This document shows positions 34,226-48,015 of a DNA stretch of 64,000 nt, in pieces. Position 1 is the stretch's first letter; every line of letters starts with the position of its first letter. The notes under the pieces are model-generated. The model was not told the origin of the DNA. It did no database searches and saw only the letters and a program-made list of their open reading frames with translations. The DNA is from Lingula anatina. Lineage: Eukaryota > Animalia > Brachiopoda. The position numbers were made by a program, and so were the translations under genes. Location of the stretch: NCBI GenBank assembly GCA_051362555.1, contig CM120645.1, positions 21,824,001 through 21,888,000 on the forward strand. Reading direction: 5' to 3'.

Positions 34226-36836
34226 TCAGATTGCAGACCAAATGCATTTTAACATATAAAATGATACCAGTAGGTGGGTAAAGAAAGCGGTTAGCATAAC
34301 AAGCCACTGAAAACGGCTTGGTGGGACAGAAGACGCGTGACCTATAGTCTCTTTGCCAGACGGAGGCGTGTTCATTATGGGTTCAGCAAAGCTGCGGCTC
34401 TTCACAACGCTGGCTTCAAAGATTACCCCGCTGTAGTTAAGTTGAGGGTATATTTGATGAAGAAAGGCATCCATTTCATCCAAAAACTTTTCGAACAACC
34501 TCCGGGCGTCGCTGACACGTTCGACGCCCCTCCGCAGCCGAATTGGTAGCACAGAGGTGATGTAGTTTCTTCGGTATGATGGGAGGACGCAGTCAAATTG
34601 TCGGCTGTCCTTCGCCATCACCCATGCCCCATAAGGAAAAAATCTCGTCAAGTCTGTCACTGCAAAACGCTGCCAAATGAAGGAACAAACTTTATCAAAC
34701 TCGCATGGCTCTTTTATCTGCTGTTTTGTCTCGAATTTGACATGTAACAGGAAGAGAAGGTTATACAAAAGATGAAAAGGAGGTGAGCAGAATCTTTGTC
34801 CCGCTGAACAGCCTTCATCCGGTTTACAAGTGTCCTACAAAAAAGCATAAATGAAATATGGTTTAAGATATTGTGCAGTTGTAGCCGTACCATCGCCTGT
34901 CTAAGCTGAGTTTGAACAGCGCTAGCTGTTCTCTGTATTTAGTCTTATACGGAAAAGTAACTCTTCGGTGCTTATTGTGGAATGCACAAAGATATAATTC
35001 AGGAATAAAGAAAAACAAAAACGACAAAATGAGCGCCATCTTGACACTTTCATAGAAAGGTGAAAAATTTGACAACTTTTCCCTCGGCCACTCCATCCCA
35101 AGGTAAGTGTGTCATACTAGTATTCTGGTTACACCTTGTAAGCTTAAGGCAGCTGTAAGACAAGCGTTAAAGCTTTCTTGAAATGTTTCTTGACAACAAG
35201 TTATTTGCACTTACATCATTTTCGGCTCCCTTGCAACGCATCTCCCTGTGAGGATCTAAAACAGCAAAAAATCCTGGCGGGTCGAATTCTTTGAATTGAA
35301 ATACAGATACATCTGAAAAAAATAAATGAGAAAAATTTGTGTAATTCTTTACCAGTACAAAGACTACTTTAAGCCTTCAATTAAACGTGGCAGTGAAATG
35401 TTCACATTAACCGAGCAAAATATCTTGACGGTATCTACTGTGAGGTAGCGGGAACTGTTTAACATCGCGTAATGAACAAGAAATAATTGCAAAATTATTA
35501 ACGTTTTCAGTTTCACCCCAAAAACTGTTTTGTCACAGATCGATGCAGCAGTATTTAAAAAGTAATTGATTTTAAACATGATGGTTTTAAAACGAGTATG
35601 AATACTAAAAGAACGCGGGAATGAACGGTCCAATCGTCTACAATTAAACTACATGTATTAAGCTGCACTGGTTTAACACATATAATATCATTTTTGCATT
35701 TTTATATGTAAAACTAAAGTACTTTTACCTTCATCGTTACAGTCTATAATTCTTACAGGAGAATCTGGCTGCAAACGACAAATCCAACAGAAAATGTTTC
35801 GTACGAAACCGTAGCCATAGCGGCTTATAATGGTGGTCACTGAAATGGGCCCAGACTCACAACTGTTTTTAGGCTCGGCCTCTGTGTTTAATGAACAAAG
35901 CCCATCATCCGCGAGTATTAGGTTCTCGTGGCTTCCTCCAGAACCTAAACACGGTCGTCCCGGGTAATGGTCCGGCATATCAAAAAAGATCAGGCAATCC
36001 TCCGTTTTCCAAATCAGATCCAAAATTTCATCAACTGTTGTGATGTTTTGAAAATGTTCGACGCCTGTCCAACTGCATGAAGTTTTGGGTGTCCATGCTT
36101 TGAGTGGCCATACCTTGTGACAGGCGGCACAAAAGGTGTTTCTGAACGTGACGTTTGCCTCCATTGACGAGACAGGCAACAATAAATCTATGTCGTTAGT
36201 CCAGCCTTTGAACTCGCATTTTTGGCGAACATCTTCGTCATCCCAGTCCCTTGGACATGAAGAGACGACCCAAAAATACCTTAAGGAAATCTCCGGCATA
36301 GCTCCAGTTCCCTGTAACCAGCATTCAATGTCTTCTTTTTGTATGTCGATTCCCGTGTATTTGGTTTCCCTGCAGAAGCGGTCGTAAGGCCAACAGCAGT
36401 CGCCAAAAACAACGCACAAGTCGTCACAGAAGCAAGTTACTAGGACAACGTCAGTAGCGGGTACGACGTCAGTTGTGGATGAGAGAACATGACTTGTGCA
36501 GAATGGGACGTTGACTGTGACATTAAAAGGAATCAATTCGCTCAGCGCATCCGCCGCTGAAGCATTACTGCCTTCGGTTTTCATTATCGGTGTATTTGGG
36601 AATGGATGGTGAAAGGAGCCAAGAACGTTTTGACGTGCACTTTCATTTCCACCAATTGTTTCGTGGTGTTCACCGCTGGTAAAGTTTCTTAAGAAATCTG
36701 GCGTTGAAAATGTGGCCGATGTTGCGTTACTCAAAGATTCGGCATTGCTTCTGTTGGCCAAAACCTCAGCATTGGTCGTAAGGAACCAACGGGAAAATAT
36801 GAAACCACATAAGGCCAGCATTATCGACACCCTCAT
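34226..36836 (-). CDS. SMB-like/Cys-rich extracellular protein, copy A (GPCR-ectodomain-like, hydrophobic C-terminus), 3 exons, ~604 aa
   Basis: Exons are 36836-35729, 35312-35215 and 34834-34226 (GT-AG, phases 1 and 0, 1815 nt). The protein has a signal peptide (MRVSIMLALCGFIFSRWFLTTNA), many N-x-S/T sequons, an SMB-like CFCDDLCVVFGDCC motif, then WVVSSCP...C...LLPVSS...TFRNTFCAACH, and a hydrophobic tail (WLVMLTAFFTHLLVSF). Confidence 0.8.
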
Positions 36837-39800
36837 TTTTAGAAATAGTATTTTTTTTTTCTTATTGCAACGCTGAAGTATAACGTGAAGTATATCTACT
36901 TGAGGCTACAGTCGTATTGCAGGTAAATTATCTCTTGCCGAGTCCGTCTTCTGAAAGCGCCTTAAAAGCAGTAGCTCGGTTCATATAAACTGTCACACTG
37001 ATAGAGGCGGAGCACCCGTCACCAACAGAAGTTTGCAATCATCATTCTAGTTAAACATAGACAAGGAGAACCTATGAATGCAACCACATGTTTAATGCTC
37101 AATTCGATATCATTTCTGATTGGCAGTTATTGCCAACAGTTTGCTGCTGCTGCGACAGTTAGGACATTTCATATTTTGGAGTAAAACGACAGTCACATGG
37201 ATATAGTTTCAGCCAATTAGAATGCGAACAACACCACTTACACCATAATGACAAGTAACTGACAGTTTGAATCTTCGGTTCTCTTGTCTTTTGCAGAAAG
37301 AGATTTCAATCATTATTGTGGTATAAGGCAGAGACATAAAGATACGTAGAACTGTTGTTTGAGTTGAAATGTATGAAAAGTATGAAAAAATGATATAAAA
37401 TCATGATTTTCTAGATAACTGTATAAAGTTTTAGGTTGGTTTCATAATCAAGTCCGAAATGACAATTGCACTGACACAAACTTTGGCAAACCTCTCCCGA
37501 GCATGACATAAAACAGGGAGTTTGCTACGTGCTGTTAGCAATATGCTCACTCATTATACAAGGGACACAGCACTACAGCCAGCTATTTTGCATTACTCAA
37601 GAATTTAGGTCAACTTTCGTAACTTGAAAATTTGATTTTTGGCCCGTACTACAACTAGCTATTTAAAAGTTTTGAGACCATTATTACTGTGAATTATGAA
37701 ATAATCATTATATCTCTAATTCCTAAATTATCCAATCATTTTAGCAAGCATGTTTAGATTTAAAAAAATTATCCAAAGATAATTGTTATTGGCTAAAATA
37801 GCTGTTATATCATGGCCATTTTTAACTTTTCATACCTCAGGCGTTTTTCCCTTATCAAGATACTTCTTCAATAGCTCCAGTTTAATCTTGAAAAGGCAAA
37901 CATGGTTTTCGAGTCGAGCGCTTCTTAAGACCTATTACGTCATGAACATAAATAGACAGCTTGTATCTAAGTTAAAGCGTGCTTAGGATAACTATGTTTA
38001 CGCCGTCACATTTGTCTGTTTCATGTCCTTGGTAATGTAATTCCCTTGGAAAACTTTTCATGACTAAAATAAGGCGGTTTGACGAATATTAAAGCGGTTA
38101 CATGAAAACTAGATTGATTTGGCCCTCCTTTCATTTTAGAAAAAAATATGTGATGAGATAAAGATAAAGCTTCATAACCTAACGGTTATGATAGTTTCAC
38201 CATTTGAAACGATACAAAGGATCGAAACTAATATAATGCAGTAAATTGTTCAAAAAAGTCGTGTTTGAAGACATTTAAAAATAGTTCGTTTTAATTGATG
38301 AGGTCACAGGTCTATTAACACCACTGTGCAATGAAAGTTTAGTGAAAAACTATCAATAAACATATGGAAATATATGTAAAACAGCAATCAATCGATTAAT
38401 AATGATTTCAATTTTGAGGAATGTTTTTTAGTCATTTAATAATAATAGGTTTGAAATAAACAGTATTTGAATGAAGCACTGGATTTCAATCATAAACGCC
38501 AAAGTGTTATTTGAGGAACAAAAAGGCAACAGAATTTCAAAAAACATTAGAATTGCAGTTTTGCTTGCAGGTCGTTGCCAATTTCATGCGTTAAAACTAA
38601 ATTATACGGCATCATTAAGATCCCGAATTCTACGTTTTTGGCTGCAGGCGGCAAAACCAACAGAATACTTTTGTTTAAACTTTTAACGAAGTTTCCCAAA
38701 TTATTCTGAGATCATGTGAGGTATGTGGGATTTGGTTAAGGTGGGGGGGGGGGGGGGGGGTTATGGCAGACGACCCGCATTGTTATCATTTAAATCATGT
38801 GATATTTTTTGTGATACGAACTATGTACTGAAACGTTGCCGTACTGAATATATACTTTTATAAACTATACTTAGTAAGTATAAACTGTAAATACCGTTGG
38901 ATTTTATTCACTTCGTGCTCAATGTACTTATCATAAATGAAGACAAAATGAGCATTGGCCCTGTGTTTTGACAGCGCCTCCTGCTTTCTTTTCCTTTCAC
39001 CATCAGGCATCTTGAATCTAAAACCCACAATACAAACATTGTATGTAACGGCTCTGAGATATTACAAAGACAGACGTTTACCCGTTATGTGTTTCCCAGG
39101 GTTGCATTGCGTGGCAATTGTTACTTCATTTCCTTTCCTGCTTTTATGGTAATCTTAGACTGAGCCATGTTTTGGAATAATTTACTTTCACTAGTGTCCC
39201 TGAAATGGTTTCAGTCTGCAATTTCAGATCACAAATGATCTTTCATGGTCTTAAACGTTATAAAAATGGTCTTACTGTGGACTGACTGCTTTTAAGATCA
39301 AAAATGGTCTTAACCATGTGTGAGGGTATAATTGGACTGACTTTGAGTTAAGTGGACAACACAGTGGGGGTCACATCCCCTTATAATGGGGGGGGGGGGT
39401 AAGGGGGGACAGTATTGCAAAATAACTTAACTGGAAGTCAGTCCAATAAAAATCTTACCCATTGATTAAGTCCATGTCATATTATTGAACTTATTGATAT
39501 ATCGATCACTTTGGATAATTGGATATTTGGCATATATATATTACTATTTTTAATTGCAGTTTATGGGTACGCCCAATTACCATGGCTTTAAGACAAAATT
39601 GCTGTCCAGTCATTACGCCAAAAAATGTGAACGGCTACGAGAACTACATGTAATCTCGTTCTGGTGAGGGGATCATAAACAGGTTAAAATTCCAAGTAAA
39701 GTTTGGTTCTTTTTGAAAAAATACAGTTCTCCACAGCATCTCGTTTCTGTTTAGAATACATTGCAATCAGCCCGTCATATTTTTTTCGTCCCGGTTCAGG

Positions 39801-40952
39801 ATGAAGACGTTCTCAACTCCTTTGTGAAAGATACAGTCGAGCTGTCTCTGAAAAGTAATACGGAAAAAAATCGCTGCCAATCAAAGTAGTTCCCTTTTGT
39901 TTCACCCTAAAATGTTGAATGCCTATTACTGGGTGATAGACTACTGCGTGTCAGCATGCAAATAATGGGTTAGCTCTATGGAACGTCTCGCATTGCAATT
40001 TTACTTCTGTGCTATTTCTAAGCTTCCTTAACCGTATGTGTAATTTTAATTAGAATGTGAAACAAGATATATGATCACTTTTGACTTCACTTTTATTTTT
40101 GCTATTCGGGGATTTATCGCCGAATGATGAAATATAATATAACATTTATGAAGACAATAGGTGTTACTTCGACCACACGTGCTATATCAGGTTACCCGTC
40201 TTTAGTAATATATATCCTCCAAGGCTCTCTCAATAGTTTGGAATCACGACGATATCCTATTTCTACCGCAATTTAAATGTTTGCTGAACAATTTTGCCAT
40301 GGCCACGTACAATGTAACAAAGCTTCCGTGATGTGCGTGCCGTTAAATCCAAGCACCTTTTCAGATCAATCGTGAAAACTAGAGGCACATAAAACACTAA
40401 CAATGCAACGTAAATTGTTTACGAATGGTTATCTTCTAAATAAATAGGCAGGGTAGGTTTCTTTTCTTTTTTTTTTTTTTCTTTTTTTTTTTTTACAGTC
40501 CTCTTCGTAGGCAATATGCTGTGCAATAATACTTGAAAGTACAGTCCACGGTTTGAAAATCACCCAAATGCTCATTTTTGCCATCCACAACTTCTTATAA
40601 AACCTTACATATACCTTAAAACGGTCCAACCCCCTTTCTCTGAAGCGTATTTGATATTGATACTTCGGAGCTTAGGAAGATGGTCTCTGGTTATAATCAC
40701 ACAGTCATCAAAACTAGAAATCATCCTTTTGTTATAACGCGCACGATTATCCTTATCTATAGTCGGGGCTCAAATGTATTTGCACAAATACAATTGCAGA
40801 AATAGTGCCTCTCGATCTGAATTACGTCGGCGACATGCAGATATCGTAATAATTGTGAGACTGTTTTATGTAAAATTCAATAACTGTTGATTTGTTTAAT
40901 TGCCGCATTGATAAGTAGTACTACTACTACGTAAGTTTTCGGCCTATATGTA

Positions 40953-41275
40953 ACTAGAAAAGCACTCCGAGAGCGCAGACCTCCGCCAAGGCAGCAAAGT
41001 CTCCTCCCAATGCCGTTTCACCTCTACATTTTCATTCTATTATGATTTAGTTTTTTTTTATTTTTTATTATTGATTGATTGATTATTGATTGATTATTGA
41101 TCCAGATCATCACCAAAAACTAATCATCTGTTCCTTGGCCCACTTCTGAGAGTTCCTGAAAATTTCATCAAAATCGGTCTATAACTTTGAGTTATGTTGA
41201 TGACAAACAGACAGAAAGACAAACAAACAAACAAACAAACGGGGGTGAAAACGTAACCTCCTTGGCGGAGATAAT
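40953..41275. mobile_element. Helentron-associated (HINE/DINE-1-like) non-autonomous element, unit A
   Basis: The sequence ACTAGAAAAGCACTCCGAGAGCGCAGACCTCCGCCAAGG ... (AAAC)n ... AACCTCCTTGGCGGAG shows an asymmetric subterminal inverted repeat and an internal microsatellite. The family assignment rests on structural resemblance only. Confidence 0.65.
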
Positions 41276-42708
41276 TACAAAGCAGCCAAAATAAAGGGGC
41301 AAGTCAGGATTATGCAAACACAAAATCTTAATGTGAATAAAACGGTCATTATTATTGCGGAATAATTCACCCACACATCAATTGGCACCGACTATTACAA
41401 CTGGGACTCTCTACTCATACAAGGCACCGGTTATATTGTGTTAGGTGTACGGAGGAGAGTTGTGCTTTTATGTTTATAGGAACTTAATCATAAGCAAAAT
41501 TGGTCTACGGAGAGCACAGAATAAAGAAAAAAACGTCCTTTTGACACCCCCCCCCAACTCCGGCCAGTAGTAAGGAAGATGCAACAAACAGAAGTCTTCG
41601 CGCTCTCACGCTATGTTCTCCAATCAGGGATTCAAATTAATGAATTCGAGACATAAAAAAAATGCTGATTTCCTTTTAAAAAGTTGAACTAAAAATCTGT
41701 AATTCAGTATTCGTTTCCTTATCCGATTTTTGTATGCACTGTCCTTATTATCAATTGTAATAAAACCCTTAGAGGAAATTCGTCTATATGCTAGTAAAAT
41801 CATTTGGAGTGAAAAATAAATCAAAACTTTAAATATTATGTAATATTATTTTACCCACTGTCATCATTTTTCACATATTGGGATTTTCATTATGTGAATT
41901 TTAACTCTTATAATCCTGAAACTGTGATATTATGGACCATGTTACCTGTTGTGAATGACTAAAATTGAGTGTTGATTGACAGTGCTGTTATAAGTATTAT
42001 TTATTATTGCATCAAAATTGACAAAATGGACTATTTTCTGCATTTTTATTTTCTGCTTTTTGTCTGTACATTTGACAGGTTTGGTGCCTTGTTACATGTT
42101 GTGGTACAAACTGTTTGGACCAATCAAAATTAATCCAGTTAACTGACCATGTGGAATGAGGGTGAGGGGGGGGGGTAGGTGATCCACTTAATTACTTTAA
42201 GGCAGGATGGTCAGTCTCTCAAAATGGCGCAAAAACACAAAAGTGTACCACACAATGTGAAAAAGGTCTGTGTTCCCTCTTTTAGATTCACACTCATGAG
42301 TCACAAGACACGATATGAAAGACAGAGTGTGCAAAAACACCGGGCACTTGCATTGCGCATGTAACGTCAGTAAATAACAAAAGCTCGATGTCTTCTCGGT
42401 TGAACTACAAGTAAGAACTTTAGTTTTGCGGTTTTCTTCTGCGGTTTGATTTGAAATGACGATTTAAATGTATATTTTGTAGTTGAATGTCCTCTTATTT
42501 TTATCTAATTTTAATAAAAAAACTATATTTTGTCTTTAGTCAGTTTACTTTTAAACTTTATTTTTACTCGTCTCGTGAAAGCAACTAGACATACATTCGT
42601 GTTTTTGGTACGTACTGAAGTAGTAGTACACTGTGGTAGTATATGTGCTTCTCACAATAGTCACGGTGCTACGAATGTCCGTCTAATTAAACATTTTGAC
42701 GAAGTACA

Positions 42709-42711
<3 letters not shown>

Positions 42712-42781
<70 letters not shown>
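42712..42781. repeat. (TA)n microsatellite near the A/B junction (paralogous tract at 53148-53207)
   Basis: Directly visible; the tract length differs between units. Confidence 0.95.
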
Positions 42782-42782
<1 letters not shown>

Positions 42783-44142
42783 GTGATTAGAATAAAAAAA
42801 GGTTAGAGGCAGGTTAATTGTTTATTTTCTCTCTTTAAAAAAACGCATTCATTTTAGACTCGCGTCTTGGAACTAACGTCAACCAGATTTCCGATGAGGT
42901 CGTTGCTATTTTTAGCAACGAATCACCTGAGGGAAATATATTGCGTTGTTTCCACATCACACATATTGTGCTTGGCTCATCTACGGCAATTTAATAAATT
43001 TCAAAGCTTGCGTTAGGACACACAATAGCTTAAAGTTCCGAGTATCCTAAATATTTTGACTTGAAAGTAAACGTTTTAACTTCGGATAGGACATGTAGTA
43101 AGGACCTTATGTCAAAATGAAAAAGCAAAGCGGAAAGTCTACATTATGAATAGCAATTCCGTAAATGACATTTTAAAATCGTATTTTCAGCCTATCAGGA
43201 GCCTACGATGTATGTCCACGAAAACGGTCTCAGGATTAGATCCTATTAGCCTAGTTATGACATGCACCAGGTATTCATGCATTGGAAAATTATCCATTTC
43301 CAAATTTAGTGCACATGAAGTAGCCTCTATTTTCTCTTTTGGTTCAAGTAATTTTAAAATTTGGTCTATTTTCATTCGTTTATGTATATGTTATTTATAA
43401 TTTGATATTTTTATTTTTTATTTGAGTGTGTGTGTGTGTGTGTGTGTGACAGAGGTAAGATGATATCATTATCCATTATCTGGTTGTAATTATGGTTAAA
43501 CGAAAGGCTAGCTCAGACTCCTAGCTAGTTTCAAAACGGATAAATGGCCTTATTCAATATCGAAAAAACAAAATCATCATATTCACCGCCCCCTTGTCCA
43601 GCCTCGGTAGTCAGTTATCTTGACACAGCTTGAATTGATCTTTCTGTTATAGTAGGATTATGGCCAGTATCAGAACAGAAAATTTCGTTGATAATTTTGG
43701 GGGGGGGGGGGGGGAGTGGGGGAATGCGGTTTACCCCGGGAAAATTCGATAAAAATGAGCTTTTGACGAGAAAATCCTAGCTTGGAAGGCCTTGAAGGTA
43801 CAGGCCTTTGAAAATTTTCAGGCATACTTTGCATGTTTACATGTACTGGAAAGTATCTAATCTTTCCCAATTCAGGTGACTGGTCAGTCTTTTAGAACTT
43901 TAAATCAATGGAATGAAGCATCGAATCCAAGTGCGGGGACGGGTCAAGGAATGCTTCGTGAGTAGGAATAATAACTTTTTCCCCGCGGAAAAATCATTTG
44001 TGTGGATAAAAACCGGATAGAGTACCTTTAATAAAGTTTTATATGAGAGTCGCCTAAACGGAGCCCTCGCACTCAACACGGCAACTAAATTGTATAATTG
44101 TAATTCTAATTGGTCCAAAGAAACACAAATCAACCTGTGAAA

Positions 44143-44436
44143 GAGCCCGTTCAGAATAGAAGATCCGAGGATCTTCTGATCCACGGATCAAATATGGCGG
44201 ACCCTACATGAAAGATAAAGAGCCAACTTATCAGCTGATGGTCACCCCGCCGCCACACGCGCCTCCCTTGCAGGGGTCCTGCAATTAAACCTTGGGGCCT
44301 TGATTTAATCCGGTTAATGGCGCGTGTGGAGGTGGAGAGACCATCAGCGGATAAGTCGGCTCTTCTTTCACGTAGAGTCCCCCATACTTTATCCGTGGAT
44401 CAATAGATCCTCGGATCTTCTTTTCTGAATGGGCTT
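44143..44436. mobile_element. Foldback MITE with ~115-bp imperfect inverted arms (Harbinger-like ends)
   Basis: GAGCCCGTTCAGAATAGAAGATCCGAGGATC...CCACACGCGCC is mirrored by GGCGCGTGTGG...GATCCTCGGATCTTCTTTTCTGAATGGGCTT. Confidence 0.75.
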
Positions 44437-45425
44437 AAAGGGGGTTAAGAACCGTATCAACTTCATTACAAGTCAAGAACAGTTAACGCGTTTTAATGCC
44501 GATGCGTGTAACGCACGACGTGAAAGGGTGGAATTAGCATTTGCAATTGATCAAAGAGATGACGCTGGGTTATCATTTTTGGTCAGTGCTCCATCATTGA
44601 AAGAGATGGTTCTCCACTCTAAATATTGTTGTCATTTTTAAATCAGTAGTTATGAAATGAATCATTGTTTAGGTTTATTATATAGCACTGCCGTGATTTT
44701 TTAGTAACGTTATGTAATTTATTTTTATTACAACATCATTTAATTTCATGTTAACAATTTTATGTTAACACTGTAGCCCAAAAGATTGGGACAAGTAATG
44801 ATGTTTTCCTTTTTTTAGTCATTGTTGGGGCAATTGCCGTCAAAATCGATGGCATTGTTTATTGCGTTCCATGCATTGTTCTTCTGACATGCGTTGGGGC
44901 AACTGTAAGTTTGAACATTTTTTCAGGTTTCTCGCTCCAACGGCTTTGATCGGACAAAAACGTCAACGCCTCTAGATACAGCAACTCCATTCCGCGCGTC
45001 TAGCGCCATTCCCTAGAGCATTATTTGTGTGATACATTTTTATCTGATAAGAAGAATTCAATGCAACTCCACATACAGCCTGTTAGTTTGTAACGTTCAT
45101 ATTACAAGGGATAGTATGTTGATAAAAATGTTTGCTCCAAAGAAGTACATAACAGTTTCTTTGTATCAATGAATCTCTGAAAAGTAGAAATAAGGAGACA
45201 CAGGTGACCCCAATTGACGCACCAGCATTTAGAATCTGAAGCATAGGCGGCACAATGGTGGAAGAAGGTTTTTTTTATTTGCTTCAAAATTGTCACAAAT
45301 GCGGTGATGGTCCTCAGACTCTTTGGCATTCCCAAAACCCGGCGTTCCGGGTATCCAAATAAAATAGGCCCATCATCTGTTAGCTTGCAGACCAAATGTA
45401 TTTAACATATTCACCTATTTAAATG

Positions 45426-48015
45426 TTAGGTATATTCATATGATACCAGTAGGTGCGTAAAGAAAGCGGTTAGCATAACCAGCCACTGGAAACGTCTTAG
45501 CGAGACAGAAGACGCGTGACCTATAGTCTCTTTGCCAGACGGAGGCGTGTTCATTATGGGTTCAGCAAAGCTGCGGCTCTTCACAACGCTGGCTTCAAAG
45601 ATTACTCCGCTGTAGTTAAGTGGAGGGAATATTTGATGAAGATAGGCATCCATTTCATCCAGAAACTTTTCGAACAACCTCCGGGCGTCACTGACACGTT
45701 CGACGCTCGTCCGCAGCCGAATTGGTAGCACAGAGGTGATGTAGTTTCTTCGGTATGATGGGAGGACGCAGTCAAATTGTCGGCTGTCCTTCGCCTTCAC
45801 CCATGCCCCATAAGGCAAAAATCTCGTCAAGTCTGTCACTGCAAAACGCTGCCAAATGAAGGAACATACTTTATCAAACTCGCATGGCTCTTTTATCCGC
45901 TGTTTTGTCTCGAATTTGACATGGAACAGGAAGAGAAGGTTATACAAAAGATGAAAAGGAGGTGAGCAGAATCTTTGTCCCGCTGAACAGCCTTCATCCG
46001 GTCTACAAGTGTCCTACAAAAAAGCATAAATGAAATATGGTTTAAGATATTGTGCAGTTGTAGCCGTCCCATCGTGTGTCTAAGCTGAGTTTGAACAGCG
46101 CTAGCTGTTCTCTGTTTTAAGTCTTATACGGAAAAGTAACTGTTCGGTGCTTATTGTGGAATGCACAAAGATATAATTCAGGAATAAACAAAAACAAAAA
46201 AGACAAAATGAGCGCCATCTTGAGACTTTCATAGAAAGGTGAAAATTTTGACGACTTTTCCCTCGGCCACTCCATCCCAAGGTAAATGTGTCATACTAGT
46301 ATTGTAGTTACACCTTGTAAGCTTAAGGCAGCTGTAATACAAGCGTTAAAGCTTTCTTGAAATGTTTCTTGAAAACAAGTTATTTGCACTTACATCATTT
46401 TCGGCTCCCTTGCAACGCATCTCCCTGTGAGGATCTAAAACTGCAAAAAATCCTGGCGGGTCGAATACTTTGAATTGAAATACAGGTACATCTAAGAAAA
46501 ATAAATGAGAAAAAATTTGTGTAATTCTTTACCAGTACAAAGACTTCTTTAAGCCTTCAATTAAACGTGGCAGTGAAATGTTCACATTAACCGAGCAAAA
46601 TATCTTGGTATCTACTGTGAGGTAGCGGGAACTGTTTAACAACGCGTAATGAACAAGAAATAATTGCAAAATTATTAACGTTTTCAGTTTCACCCCAAAA
46701 ACTGTTTTGTCTAATATCGATGCAGCAGTATTTAAAAAGTGATGGATTTTAAACATGATGATTTTAAAACGAGTAAAGACACTAAAAGAACGCGGGAATG
46801 AACGGTCCAATTGCTACAATTAAACTACATGTATTAAACTGCACTGGTAGAACTCTTATATAATACCATTTTTGCATTTTTATATGTAAAACTAAAGTAC
46901 TTTTTACCTTCATCGTTACAGTCTACAATTCTTACAGGAGAATCTGGCAGCAGACGACAAATCCAACAGAAAATGTTTCGTGCGAAACCGTAGCCATAGC
47001 GGCTTATAACGGTGGTCACTGAAACGGGCCCAGACTCACAACGGTTTTTAGGTTCGGCCTCTGTGTTTAATGGACAAAGCCCATCATCCGCGTTTATTAG
47101 GTGCTCGTGGCTTCCTCCAGAACCTAAACACGGTCGTCCCGGGTAATGGTCCGGCATATCAAAAAATATTAGGCAATCCTCCGTTGTCCAAATCAGATCC
47201 AAAATTTCATCAACTGTTGTGATGTTTTGAAAATGTTCGACGCCTGTCCATAGGCATGAAGTTTTGGGTGTCCATGCTTTGAGTGGCCATACCTTGTGAC
47301 AGGTGGCACAAAAGGTGTTTCTGAACGTGACGTTTGCCTCCATTGACGAGACAGGCAACAATAAATCTATGTCGTTAGTCCAGCCTTTGGACTCGCATTT
47401 TCGGCGAACATCTTCATCATCCCAGTCCCTTGGACATGAAGAGACGACCCAAAAATGCCTTAAGGAAATCTCCGGCATAGCTCTAGTTCCCTGTAACCAG
47501 CATTCAATGTCTTCTGTTTGTATGTCGATTCCCGTGTATTTGGTTTCCCTGCAGTAGCGGTCGTAAGGCCAACAGCAGTCGCCAAAAACAACGCACAAGT
47601 CGTCGCAGAAGCAAGTTACTAGGACAACGTCAGTAGCGGGTACGACGTCAGTTGTGGACGAGAGAACACGACTTGCGCAGAATGGGACGTTGAATTTGAC
47701 ATTAAAAGGAATCAATTCGCTCAGCGCATCTGCCGCTGAAGCATTACTGCCTTCGGTTTTTATTCTCGGTGTATTTGGGAATGGATGGTGAAAGGAGCCA
47801 AGAACGTTTTGACGTGCACTTTCATTTCCACCAATTGTTTCGTGGTTGTCACCGCTGGTAAAGTTTCGTAAAAAATCTGGCGTTGAAAATGTGGCCGATG
47901 TTGCGTTACTCAAAGATTCGGAATTGCTTCTGTTGGCCAAAACCTCAGCATTGGTCGTAAGAATCCAACGGGAAAATAAGAAGCCACATAAGGCCAGCAT
48001 TATCGACACTTTCAT
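45426..48015 (-). CDS. SMB-like/Cys-rich extracellular protein, copy B, 3 exons, ~597 aa
   Basis: Exons are 48015-46908, 46491-46394 and 46013-45426 (1794 nt). Splice sites and motifs match copy A, and the ORF is intact. Confidence 0.8.

Noticed and set aside
35364-35633. Recurrent ORF MDRSFPRSFS... in all three units
   Set aside because: It lies within intron 1 of the SMB gene, has a non-ATG start and has variable ends.
43900-44184. 94-100 aa ORF repeated at 54324-54626
   Set aside because: It starts inside a MITE arm on a non-ATG codon, has no recognisable motif, and its recurrence is due to the duplication.
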